A DNA stretch of 64,000 nucleotides from Deinococcales bacterium (GTDB lineage: Bacteria; Deinococcota; Deinococci; Deinococcales; JAAFIG01). The stretch covers positions 9,283-73,282 of the forward strand of contig JANNVX010000064.1 in NCBI GenBank assembly GCA_031414595.1. The letters are read 5' to 3'. Under the pieces are notes generated by a model. It saw only the letters and a list, made by a program, of their open reading frames with translations. It did no database searches and was not told the origin of the DNA. Positions within the stretch are counted from its first letter, which is position 1. The number at the start of each line of letters is the position of its first letter. The position numbers were made by a program, and so were the translations under genes. Of this stretch, positions 54,778 to 63,986 are shown piece by piece.

Positions 54778-56166
54778 TCACGAAGAACCACCCGTCTCGA
54801 GGGCATACTCATGAAAAATAGCTGCCGCGTACTTGATGCCTTGAATAAAACGTTCAACTGGCATGTTTTCGTTCGGTCCATGCAGATTATTTTCTGGCGC
54901 ACCAAAGCCAGACAGCACTGCCGGATGGGGAATGGCTAACATGATAATCCCTTGAATACTGACCCCATGCACCACTGGTTGTACCCCAAAAACCCGTTCG
55001 GCTGCTTTGAAAGTGGCTTGAGAAATGGCTTCGCGGCTCGAGACTTTATAGGGGTTTTTACGGGCATTGACCAAGACAAGCTCGACATCATCAAAACCAT
55101 GTTTGATCATGTGCATCTCGAGTTTTTTGAATTGCTCTGATGGCTCGAGATCGGGTGGGCAACGAAAATCCATTTTGACCACACCTTCGGCGGGAACAAT
55201 TGTTTTAGAACCCTCGCCAGCGTAACCAGAACTAAAACCACAGATGTTGGCACTTGCGCCGTAATGGGCGCGTTTGAGGATTTCAAAATCATCTTCGCTG
55301 GATAAATGCTTTGCGCCCATTTGTCGCATAAACTCGGTACGGTCAAAGTATTGTTGTTCGTCGCGCAAAAACTCGAGGTCGTACTGGTCTGGGGGAATCA
55401 GGGTGTCATACCAGCCATCCACTTTAATCACACCCGTGGCAGGGTCGGCGATGCTTGATAAACATTCGATTAAACGCCATGCTGGATTTCGCAGCATTTG
55501 CGCCCGCCCAGACCAAGTGTCTTGTTTGAGGGTTTTGCAACGCAACTCGACATACAAAATCGCCTTAATCCCAAGATGCACTTCTGGGCGCAAACTGGTG
55601 CGGTTGACCCCGCCATCTAAGCCAATGCTGGCATCGCACGCCAAACGCTCTTTGTGCTTGTAGACAAAATCCTCGAGATGCGGGCTGCCGATTTCTTCTT
55701 CGCCCTCGAACAGATATTGCAAGTTTACGGGTGTACCGCCAGTGATGGCGCGGTAGGCTTTGGCAGCTTCAACAAAGGCGAGGCAGCCGCTTTTGTTGTC
55801 GGTTGCACCACGGGCATAAATGATGCCATCGCGTATATCTGCGCCCCACGGGTCGGAATGCCACAACTCGAGCGGCTCGGGTGGCTGGACGTCGTAATGC
55901 CCGTAACAAAGTAACGTTTTGGCGTTGGGGTGGCTCGAGGATTCTGTGCCGAGCAGCACTTCGGGTCCACCATCGGTTGGCAGAATTTCAACATCTTTTA
56001 CGCCGTCTTCAAGCATCAGGTCACGCAACAATTGGGCGCATGGTTCGAGACCGATGTTTTGGGCGCTGACCGATGGCTGGCGCAGAAACGTCCGCAAATC
56101 CTCGACGGCTTGTTCGGCGTGGTCATCTATGTATTTGAAGACTTGCTCGAGGGTGGCTTCAGACAT
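54778..56166 (-). CDS. M20 dipeptidase-like metallopeptidase
   Basis: YGHYDVQP, ARGATDNKS, EGEEEIGS and HGPNE. Confidence 0.92.
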   Translation of the reverse strand: MSEATLEQVFKYIDDHAEQAVEDLRTFLRQPSVSAQNIGLEPCAQLLRDLMLEDGVKDVEILPTDGGPEVLLGTESSSHPNAKTLLCYGHYDVQPPEPLELWHSDPWGADIRDGIIYARGATDNKSGCLAFVEAAKAYRAITGGTPVNLQYLFEGEEEIGSPHLEDFVYKHKERLACDASIGLDGGVNRTSLRPEVHLGIKAILYVELRCKTLKQDTWSGRAQMLRNPAWRLIECLSSIADPATGVIKVDGWYDTLIPPDQYDLEFLRDEQQYFDRTEFMRQMGAKHLSSEDDFEILKRAHYGASANICGFSSGYAGEGSKTIVPAEGVVKMDFRCPPDLEPSEQFKKLEMHMIKHGFDDVELVLVNARKNPYKVSSREAISQATFKAAERVFGVQPVVHGVSIQGIIMLAIPHPAVLSGFGAPENNLHGPNENMPVERFIQGIKYAAAIFHEYALETGGSS

Positions 56167-57862
56167 CAAGATTCACCTCAGCTTGTTGCACGCCACCCTT
56201 CTGGCTCGAGACAACAATGTTGATTTTCGCGTCTGGCTTGGCTTTGACCAACCATTCCACAGGTCGGGCGGTGCGCCCCCATTTTTCGCCCCACGGCGAC
56301 CATTGGTATTTGCGTCCGTTGCGTCCCGCTAAATGCCCAACATCGGCGGTGCTATCACCCATCAGCAATTCGGCATTCTCGAGGTGAAGCGTGGCTTTGA
56401 CCGTTTCGGCTACCTTTTTCTCGATGGCACGGTCAGTCAGGTGGCTTGGTAAATACCCGTCGTTGCCGATGACCGCATGAATTTTGTACAAACTCGAGCC
56501 GTCTGGGGCTGTACCAAGTTTCTCGAGTTTGCTCGAGCGCACCCGAATGCGTGGACTAGCTGCCGCATGTTCGAGGCAAAAAAGCGTGTTGGTATGACAA
56601 ATTTCCTCAAGCAGATGTCCGGGTGGGTTTCGCAGTACCCAAATTTCGGCGAGTCCGCCAATTTCAACTGCCCCGAGTTGTGGATGGTCAAACGCTGTCC
56701 ATTCGCGCCAACCTTTTTCGCCGTGGTTTTCCCAGACCCACTGCACCATTTTAATCAGGGTTTCATCGTCTCGAGGGCGAAGGTTGTAAAAAGCAACTTT
56801 TTCGATACCAGCCGCTTTTTCGATGTCCCAGAGTTCGGTGGCAAATATCGGTACGCCAGTTTCTTCAAACATCCAATCTTTTAATGAACCGCGCCGCGCC
56901 TTGGTTTTGTCGGGTGTGAAGCCCTCATAGGTGCTGATGGTTGGATAGCCCGTGATGCTCGTGCCAACCGCGCCCAAATCCTTGAACAGCGTCAAATCCC
57001 TTGGACTCATTTCCGAGTCGTACTTGGTGGTACTTGGGCGCAAATGTACCCCGCCGTGGGTGTGGAACGAATTCATACCGCAAATGTTTGGGTGATTCAA
57101 AATAAAATCAATCATCGCCTTGGATTCTGGTTCGGAGCCGGGGTACAGACCAGCACCGTACTGCTCAGTTTCTTGCGCCCAGTTTGCGGGGAATTGACGG
57201 TTGAGGTTGCCGTCTCGGGTGGCTTCAATCTCTGGTTCTACACCATCATAATCTGGAATTAAACCTTCGGGGTAAAGGCGGTAATAGTTGCCGCCAAATT
57301 CACCAGGTTGACGTTGTACCATCACCCTCGAGTCTTTGCTTGAAATTTTCCATTCGCCAGCTTGGTCTGGCACACGCATTTGCACAATGTAACCGTCGTT
57401 ATTGAGGTCAGTTTGGTACAAGCCGTGTCCGCGTTCGTCCTCTGAACTCGGCACAAAACGCCCATTGCCACACCACCTGAACGGATGCGACAGCGAATAC
57501 TCTGCGCCGTCTGGATTGAGGCGTGGCAGGATATAAAAAGTTTGTTCGTTGAGGAGCATCGTCACTTTTTGGTCATGCCCAAACTGCTCGAGTAAGTACG
57601 AAGCGGCGTACAACGCCGTGGCGCTGGTGGTGTGTTCCTCGGCGTGAATGTGTGCGTCTATGTAGTAGGCGGGTTTCTCGAGGTCAGAACCCGTACTTTT
57701 ATTGGTAATCGTCATCAGCCAAATTTCACGCCCCAGAAAGGTTTTGCCAATGCTCGAGAGCGTGGCGGTTTCGGGGAATGCTGCGGCAAGCTGTTGCAAT
57801 AAAGCCGTCAGTTCTTCGTAGTTGTAAAAGCGGTTATGGGCAATAGATACACGGGGATTCAC
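56159..57862 (-). CDS. M14 zinc carboxypeptidase-like protein
   Basis: HIHAEE, LNPDG, NLNRQF, GSEPE and SFHTHGG. Confidence 0.9.
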   Translation of the reverse strand: MNPRVSIAHNRFYNYEELTALLQQLAAAFPETATLSSIGKTFLGREIWLMTITNKSTGSDLEKPAYYIDAHIHAEEHTTSATALYAASYLLEQFGHDQKVTMLLNEQTFYILPRLNPDGAEYSLSHPFRWCGNGRFVPSSEDERGHGLYQTDLNNDGYIVQMRVPDQAGEWKISSKDSRVMVQRQPGEFGGNYYRLYPEGLIPDYDGVEPEIEATRDGNLNRQFPANWAQETEQYGAGLYPGSEPESKAMIDFILNHPNICGMNSFHTHGGVHLRPSTTKYDSEMSPRDLTLFKDLGAVGTSITGYPTISTYEGFTPDKTKARRGSLKDWMFEETGVPIFATELWDIEKAAGIEKVAFYNLRPRDDETLIKMVQWVWENHGEKGWREWTAFDHPQLGAVEIGGLAEIWVLRNPPGHLLEEICHTNTLFCLEHAAASPRIRVRSSKLEKLGTAPDGSSLYKIHAVIGNDGYLPSHLTDRAIEKKVAETVKATLHLENAELLMGDSTADVGHLAGRNGRKYQWSPWGEKWGRTARPVEWLVKAKPDAKINIVVSSQKGGVQQAEVNLDV

Positions 57863-59106
57863 AAATGACCTCCACTGGCTCGAGAGACCTCGAGACCGTT
57901 CTGAAAAACACGCAAGTTCTTTTTATCTTGTAAAACACGAATATCTTCTAGCGGATTACCATTCACCAGCACCAAATCTGCAATTTTGCCAGTCTCGAGT
58001 GTGCCAATGTCGGGCATGTCCAAGAGTTCGGCTGCCGTTTGGGTTGCTGCCCTAATTGCCTCGAGTGCGCTTAAACCACCACGCATCAAGAGTTCCATTT
58101 CATGATGGTTAGAAAGTCCATGTGGCAGCATAAAACCCGCATCCGTACCAGTCACGATTTTTACGCCAGCTTTTTTGGCTCGAGTCAAGCTGTCCCACAT
58201 TGCTTCGCGCCCAAGCTCGAGCCACTTGATGCTGTTGGCATTGGCATTTTGGGCTTCCCATGAATGCTCAAAGTGATTCTCTTGCACCCGCAGCGTCGGC
58301 ACATAGTAACAATTCTTTTCTGCCATTAGGTCTAAGCACTCGTCATCTAGCCAGCGCCCATGTTCAACACTGTCCAGCCCAGCTTTGACCGCCATATTGA
58401 CGGTTGGACCACCGCTTGTGTGCGCTGCCACCTGTTTCTCGAGACGGTGCGCTTCGGTGATGGCTGCGATTATTTCGGACTCATCCATTTCTTGTTTGTA
58501 AGGGTGTTGCCAATCACGGAAAGAACCGCCACACAAGTTAATTTTAATCACATCCGCGCCGCGTTTGACTTGGGTTCGCACCCCTGCTTGCCACTCGAGC
58601 GCCCCATCGCAAGGGTAGGTCATGTCGTGCAGTGCCACATGGTCGCCCCAACCGCCTTTGTCCATGTGTCCACTTGTCACCGAAAGCCCCAAACCGCACG
58701 CCCGAACTCGAGGACCCGCCACATATCCCGCGTTGATGGCATCGCGTAAGTCAATAATCACGCCGCCGGGTGCATTCAGGTCACGCACCGCCGTCACACC
58801 CCACTCGAGGGTTTCACGGGCGTAACGGGCGGCTCTGAGCGCCAATTTTGGGTACGACATCTCAGAGGCTTCGGCACGAAAAGCCCGAGCTTCGATAGCA
58901 CCACTGTAGGCAAGGTGAACATGGGCATCAATCATGCCGGGCAGTAAAGTCTCACCAAGTATAATGTTCGCACGTTCTGGCAAACTGACATCGGCGGTTC
59001 GAGAAACACCAGAGATACGTCCGTTTTGAACATGCAGCACCGCGTTATCGAGGACTGAGCCATTACCAATAATCAGACGCTTGGCAACAAAGAAAGTCTC
59101 GTTCAT
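57859..59106 (-). CDS. Metal-dependent amidohydrolase (prolidase/ochratoxinase-like group)
   Basis: PGMIDAHVH, SVTSGHMD, AAHT, SVEHG, GTDAG and ADLVLV.GNP. Confidence 0.9.
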   Translation of the reverse strand: MNETFFVAKRLIIGNGSVLDNAVLHVQNGRISGVSRTADVSLPERANIILGETLLPGMIDAHVHLAYSGAIEARAFRAEASEMSYPKLALRAARYARETLEWGVTAVRDLNAPGGVIIDLRDAINAGYVAGPRVRACGLGLSVTSGHMDKGGWGDHVALHDMTYPCDGALEWQAGVRTQVKRGADVIKINLCGGSFRDWQHPYKQEMDESEIIAAITEAHRLEKQVAAHTSGGPTVNMAVKAGLDSVEHGRWLDDECLDLMAEKNCYYVPTLRVQENHFEHSWEAQNANANSIKWLELGREAMWDSLTRAKKAGVKIVTGTDAGFMLPHGLSNHHEMELLMRGGLSALEAIRAATQTAAELLDMPDIGTLETGKIADLVLVNGNPLEDIRVLQDKKNLRVFQNGLEVSRASGGHL

Positions 59107-60326
59107 GCCCATACCTCGAGTCCATCTTTGAAGACGCGGAAATTATTTTTATCCTGTAGCACTTTTATATCTTCTAATGGATTACCGTTCACCAAAAGTA
59201 AATCTGCGATTTTGCCAGTTTTGATTGAACCCAAATTGGACATTTGCATCAGTTCGGCGGCTGTCTGTGTTCCCGCCTTGATTGCCTCGAGCGCCGTTAA
59301 ACCACCGTGCATCAAAAGCTCCAATTCTCGAGCGTTCATGCTGCCATGCGGTAACGTAAAACCTGCATCTGTGCCAAGCGCGATTTTCACGCCAGCCTTA
59401 TGCACAATTTCTAAAGAAACCCATTTGTCCTCGCGGGACTTCTCGAGCCAAAGCCGTGTAGCAGCACTCAGATGCTCGAGTGAAAAGTCAAAATTGCGTT
59501 CATTGACAAGTAACGTTGGCACATAATACGCGCCGCGTTCCGCCATTAAATCTGCTGTTTCTTCATCTATCCAATGTCCATGTTCGACCGTGTTTAAGCC
59601 CAGTGAAACAGCTTTTTTGACACTTTCACCACCGCTCGTGTGGGCTGCCACAAATTTCTCGAGGTGGGCTGCTTCCTGCATTACTGCCGCGATTTCTTCG
59701 TCGGTCATTTCTTGGCGGTACGGGGTGTGTTCAACATCTACCCTCGAGCCAACACACAAATTGATTTTAATAAAATCTGCACCACGTTTAACTTGACTTC
59801 GCGCTCCGCGAACAAAACCCACTGCGCCATCGCAGGGCAGGGTCATATCTGTAAACCTCACATGGTCGCCCCAACCGCCAGCATCCATGTGTCCACCTGT
59901 GACCGATAAGCCCAGACCACAGGCTTTGACTCGAGAACCCTGCACATGACCCGCGTTAATCGCATCGCGTAAGTCGAGTATCACCCCGCCGGGCGCATTC
60001 ATATCCCGCACCGAAGTAAAACCCCACTCGAGGGTGTCTTTAGCATGTTTGGCTGCCCGAAGCGCCAAAAGCGGATAGGAAGTCTCGCTGGCTTCGGCAC
60101 GGAAAGCCCCTTTTTCGGGTTTGCCTGTGTACGCCAAATGCACATGGGTATCTATCAAACCGGGCATCAGGGTTTGGGTACGAATAATGGTTGCATGGTC
60201 TGGGATGCTGATGTCAGCCGCTCGAGCCACGGTTTTTATAAGCCCGTTTTCCTCGAGCAGTACCGCATTCTCGAGGAGTGGCTTGCCTGTGCCATCTATC
60301 AGGCGTTCACACAAAAAGGCGTTCAT
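59103..60326 (-). CDS. Metal-dependent amidohydrolase (tandem paralog of 57859..59106)
   Basis: PGLIDTHVH, SVTGGHMD, TVEHG and GTDAG; ATGA-coupled at both ends. Confidence 0.9.
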   Translation of the reverse strand: MNAFLCERLIDGTGKPLLENAVLLEENGLIKTVARAADISIPDHATIIRTQTLMPGLIDTHVHLAYTGKPEKGAFRAEASETSYPLLALRAAKHAKDTLEWGFTSVRDMNAPGGVILDLRDAINAGHVQGSRVKACGLGLSVTGGHMDAGGWGDHVRFTDMTLPCDGAVGFVRGARSQVKRGADFIKINLCVGSRVDVEHTPYRQEMTDEEIAAVMQEAAHLEKFVAAHTSGGESVKKAVSLGLNTVEHGHWIDEETADLMAERGAYYVPTLLVNERNFDFSLEHLSAATRLWLEKSREDKWVSLEIVHKAGVKIALGTDAGFTLPHGSMNARELELLMHGGLTALEAIKAGTQTAAELMQMSNLGSIKTGKIADLLLVNGNPLEDIKVLQDKNNFRVFKDGLEVWA

Positions 60327-61066
60327 GCGTTCCACCCCATTTGGCGCAATTCTTCGGAGCGTTGCCACGCATTGACATACTGGTCATGAATCCCACTTGA
60401 GTTTTGCAAGGCAAGTTCAACAAAAGCTGGCGTGATTAAAAACGGATCTTTCCAGATTTTCTTGGTTTCCTCGGAATACGTCTGCATACTCATGCTGGTC
60501 TGGGTTGGTGTACCGGGCGTGATAGTGTTGACCGCAATGCCATCTTCGCCCAAATCAGCAGCGATGGCTCGAGACAAGCCCTCTAAACCAAATTTCGAGG
60601 CACAGTAGGCGATTTCATGGGCAAAACCCATCACTCCTGCTCGAGACGAAACGTTGATAATCGAGCCGTTTTTTGCTTGCTGCATGGTGGGTGCAAAAGC
60701 GCGGCACATCAAAAAAACACCGCGTAAGTTAATCCCTAGAATCGTGTCCCAGTCATCGAATGTAGTGTCTATCAGGTGCTTCTCGATAATCACACCAGCA
60801 ACATTAGCAAGAATATCTATGTGGTTTTGTTGCTCTAGAACTGTTTGGGCTAGGTTCTCGACACTGCTTGGCTCGAGTAAATCCAGTGGCATAGCATGGG
60901 CTTGTAGTCCAGCCTCACGCAAGTTTTTCATTTCAGTCTCGAGTTCTTGGATTTCGCGGTCTGCGCCGTAGACAATTGCACCCTCGAGCGCAAAAGCCTT
61001 TGCCACGGCTCGCCCAATGCCTCTGGCTGCTCCTGTGACGACCGCAACTTTGCCGAGGAGTCTCAT
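60323..61066 (-). CDS. SDR family oxidoreductase
   Basis: TGAARGIG, NVAG and YCASK. Confidence 0.92.
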   Translation of the reverse strand: MRLLGKVAVVTGAARGIGRAVAKAFALEGAIVYGADREIQELETEMKNLREAGLQAHAMPLDLLEPSSVENLAQTVLEQQNHIDILANVAGVIIEKHLIDTTFDDWDTILGINLRGVFLMCRAFAPTMQQAKNGSIINVSSRAGVMGFAHEIAYCASKFGLEGLSRAIAADLGEDGIAVNTITPGTPTQTSMSMQTYSEETKKIWKDPFLITPAFVELALQNSSGIHDQYVNAWQRSEELRQMGWNA

Positions 61067-61830
61067 GTGGCGACCCGCCCTCCGTCTATTAAAAGTCCGA
61101 TGCCCGTGGTGAATGAACTCATGTCCGAGGCGAGGTACAGCACGGTTCTAGCAATCTCGAGCGGTGTTCCCATGCGCCCAATCGGGGTGTTTTCCATCCA
61201 CATTTTTCGGGTGGCTTCTTGGTTTTGTGCCAAATTCAAATTGCGTTGGTTCATTGGCGTGTCTATCACGCCCGGGCAGATGGCATTAACGCGAATGTTT
61301 TGTCTCGAGTATTCGATGGCTAGAATTCTGGTCATGCTCATGATTGCGCCTTTACTCGAGCCATACGAGATGTTCCCGCCAACATTGGCAAAAGCCGAAA
61401 CCGATGAATTATTGACAATCGTGCCACCACCCGACTCGAGCAGCAAGGGAATGGCGTGCTTGCAGCAAAAGAATGTGCCTTTAAGGTTGACACCAATTAC
61501 GCGGTCAAACAGTTCTTCGGTCACATCCACACTTGGGGTTTTTGGTTGCTCGATTCCAGCATTGTTAAAAATCGTGTGCAGACCACCAAATTCTGTTTTG
61601 GCAACCGCCACCATGTTTTGAACATCGGTTTCTTTGGAAACATCGCAACGCACAAACACAGCTTTTCCGCCGTGTGAACGAATTTCTTCTACCGCACTTT
61701 TGCTACCAATTTCGTCTATATCGGCAAGTACCACGCTCGCGCCTTCTTCGGCAAAAAGCAGGGCTGTGGCGCGTCCCATACCGTTACCTGCACCGGTCAC
61801 GATTGCTATTTTGTTCTCGAGCCACTTCAT
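61063..61830 (-). CDS. SDR family oxidoreductase
   Basis: [17 protein letters not shown] and VNAICPG. Confidence 0.93.
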   Translation of the reverse strand: MKWLENKIAIVTGAGNGMGRATALLFAEEGASVVLADIDEIGSKSAVEEIRSHGGKAVFVRCDVSKETDVQNMVAVAKTEFGGLHTIFNNAGIEQPKTPSVDVTEELFDRVIGVNLKGTFFCCKHAIPLLLESGGGTIVNNSSVSAFANVGGNISYGSSKGAIMSMTRILAIEYSRQNIRVNAICPGVIDTPMNQRNLNLAQNQEATRKMWMENTPIGRMGTPLEIARTVLYLASDMSSFTTGIGLLIDGGRVAT

Positions 61831-62558
61831 AGGCTTCTCGCAGTGATGCTTGGTGTAGCACCTAAGATAGGTGGTTCTTCGCGCAGTTCTAAACTCATGT
61901 CGGCAAGCTCCAAGTGCTTAATCACCATTTGAATGTGCTGCCGTGCGGCATGTTCTGCCGCGATAGGGTCTTTACTGGCAATCGCTTCAAAAATGGCTTG
62001 GTGTTCGGCACGAACATCATCCCTCGAGCGACTTGTGCCACTTTGCGGGTCGGACATCCGACGAATCGTGTTGCGGCGGTAGACGGCTGCTAGTTCGGCG
62101 GTGATTTCGCTAAAGCGAATCAAATGCCGATTGTCTGAAACCTCATAGATATGATGATGAAATTTGAGGTCGCTGACCCATAACGCACTTAAATCCGATT
62201 CTTGGACAGGTGTTTCCCATGCTTTAAGGTAAGTTTCTAAGGTCTTTAATTCTGGTTTAGTGATTTTTGACGCGGCTAAAAAAGCTGCCACACCATCTAA
62301 GCCCATCCGACACCAGTACAGATTGACGACATCCTCGAGTTTGAGGACACTGACTTCCATCCGTCCACCAGAATCATAAATCAATCCACGTTCACGCAGC
62401 ATCACCAGTGCATTGCTGACAGGAGTGCGGCTGACATTCAATTGGGCAGCCAGTTCGACTTCGACCAAACTGTCGCCGGGGTGAAGTTCGCCGCTAATGA
62501 TACGGTCACGGATGTTCTCGTAGACCTGATCGCGCAATGCCTTTCCTCTCAAAATCAT
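61827..62558 (-). CDS. GntR/FCD family transcriptional regulator
   Basis: [22 protein letters not shown] and an FCD domain ([15 protein letters not shown]). Confidence 0.93.
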   Translation of the reverse strand: MILRGKALRDQVYENIRDRIISGELHPGDSLVEVELAAQLNVSRTPVSNALVMLRERGLIYDSGGRMEVSVLKLEDVVNLYWCRMGLDGVAAFLAASKITKPELKTLETYLKAWETPVQESDLSALWVSDLKFHHHIYEVSDNRHLIRFSEITAELAAVYRRNTIRRMSDPQSGTSRSRDDVRAEHQAIFEAIASKDPIAAEHAARQHIQMVIKHLELADMSLELREEPPILGATPSITARSL

Positions 62559-62590
62559 TGGGGTGTCCTTTCAAAACCTTGGGATGCGGG

Positions 62591-62617
62591 ATGCTGCATG
62601 CAGCATTCATGTAGAAT
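62591..62617. promoter_or_regulatory. Putative GntR operator and -10 box in the divergent intergenic region
   Basis: Perfect 16-bp palindrome ATGCTGCATGCAGCAT (62591-62606); TAGAAT at 62612. Confidence 0.6.
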
Positions 62618-62714
62618 GTGGTACAGATTAGGTGACTGGAATCAGAAAGTCAAGCCGCCCTCTTTTAACCATCCGATTGTCGCCCTCACTCAAAACCTCA
62701 GAAAGGATAAAATT

Positions 62715-63941
62715 ATGCCTGAAGCCCCCGCTTGGAAATTCGAGAAAATCATTAAGCCGATGTTTGACACACCAAAATCAGCCGTTCTGCTGCGTGGCAG
62801 GGTGGTTAGTGGCACAGACTCCCCAACTTTAGAAGATGGAATTGTAGAACTCGAGAATGGCAGTATCAAAGCTGTTGGACACGCCACAGAATTTGGCTCG
62901 AGGAGCGAAGAATCGGTGCAGGTACTTGGCACAATCTTGCCCGGCTTAATCAACTCCCACGCCCACCTTGCATGGGATGGGATTCATGACTTGGCGCATC
63001 AAAGTATTTACGATTCCAAGCCAATCAATGCCTATAAAAGCGCTGGCAATATGCTGCTCAGTTTGCAGGCTGGCATCACCACGGTGCGTGACCTTGGAAT
63101 GCACGACAGCAACTTATTTGCCAAACAAGCCGTCGAGCAAGGCATTTTCCCGGGTCCACGAATACTGGCGTGTGGGGCAGCGATTGTCCAAACTGGCGGA
63201 CACACCTACTGGGCGTGTAAAGAAGCCAGTGGCGCAGACGAAATGCGTCGAGCTGTCCGTGAACAAGTCCGTGCTGGGGCAGACCTCATTAAAATCATGG
63301 CAAGCCACGACCTCAACGAATTCACCGATGCCGAACTCGAGGCAGTGGTGGACGAAGCCCACCGTAACGGCTTACCGATTACTGCCCATGCCACGTTTAA
63401 CAGCGTGATTTACCGTGTCGCCCAAGCTGGAGTGGATTGTATCGAACATGGCGGCGACATGACTGATGAAACCATTGCGCTAATTTTAGAAAAAAACATT
63501 CCGATTGTTACGACCTTTGCTCCGTTAGTGATGCAGTCCCAAGCCGAAGTCGCAAGGGCATACAACATCCCCGAATGGAAAATTCTCGAGCGTCAAAAAG
63601 CCGTCCAAAGTGGAACGCGCTTTGCAGGACTGGTCAAAGCTGCCGAAGCTGGTATCACCATTGCTTTTGGCACAGATGCCGGAAGCCCCGTTGTGCCGCA
63701 CACCGTGGTTGCCCCAGAACTCGAGTTTATGATTAAACTCGGTGTTAAGAAAAATGCCTTGGATGCGATTCACTGCGCCACCAGTGTGGCTGCTAAAGTC
63801 AACCGCTTGGAGGGTAAAATCGGTACGCTCGAGACTGGCAAAATCGCTGATGTAATTGTCACCGAAGGGCAACCAGACCAAAACATCAGCGACATCTCGA
63901 GAGTCAAAATGGTTTTTGTTGGCGGGATTCGGCGCGTTTAA
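62715..63941 (+). CDS. Metal-dependent amidohydrolase (prolidase-like group)
   Basis: PGLINSHAH, TGGH, TAHA, CIEHG and GTDAG. ATG 62715 follows AAGGA. Confidence 0.9.
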   Translation: MPEAPAWKFEKIIKPMFDTPKSAVLLRGRVVSGTDSPTLEDGIVELENGSIKAVGHATEFGSRSEESVQVLGTILPGLINSHAHLAWDGIHDLAHQSIYDSKPINAYKSAGNMLLSLQAGITTVRDLGMHDSNLFAKQAVEQGIFPGPRILACGAAIVQTGGHTYWACKEASGADEMRRAVREQVRAGADLIKIMASHDLNEFTDAELEAVVDEAHRNGLPITAHATFNSVIYRVAQAGVDCIEHGGDMTDETIALILEKNIPIVTTFAPLVMQSQAEVARAYNIPEWKILERQKAVQSGTRFAGLVKAAEAGITIAFGTDAGSPVVPHTVVAPELEFMIKLGVKKNALDAIHCATSVAAKVNRLEGKIGTLETGKIADVIVTEGQPDQNISDISRVKMVFVGGIRRV

Positions 63942-63960
63942 CCGTAAAACACAATCCATT

Positions 63961-63986
63961 GTAGGGACAGACCCCCGTGTCTGTCC
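63961..63986 (+). repeat. GTAG-type REP-like hairpin
   Basis: GTAG-GGACAGAC-ccccgt-GTCTGTCC. Confidence 0.65.

Noticed and set aside
62442-62714. 91-codon N-terminal extension of the last amidohydrolase
   Set aside because: It overlaps gntR antisense and the operator region. An AAGGA-preceded ATG at 62715 gives a normal-length protein.
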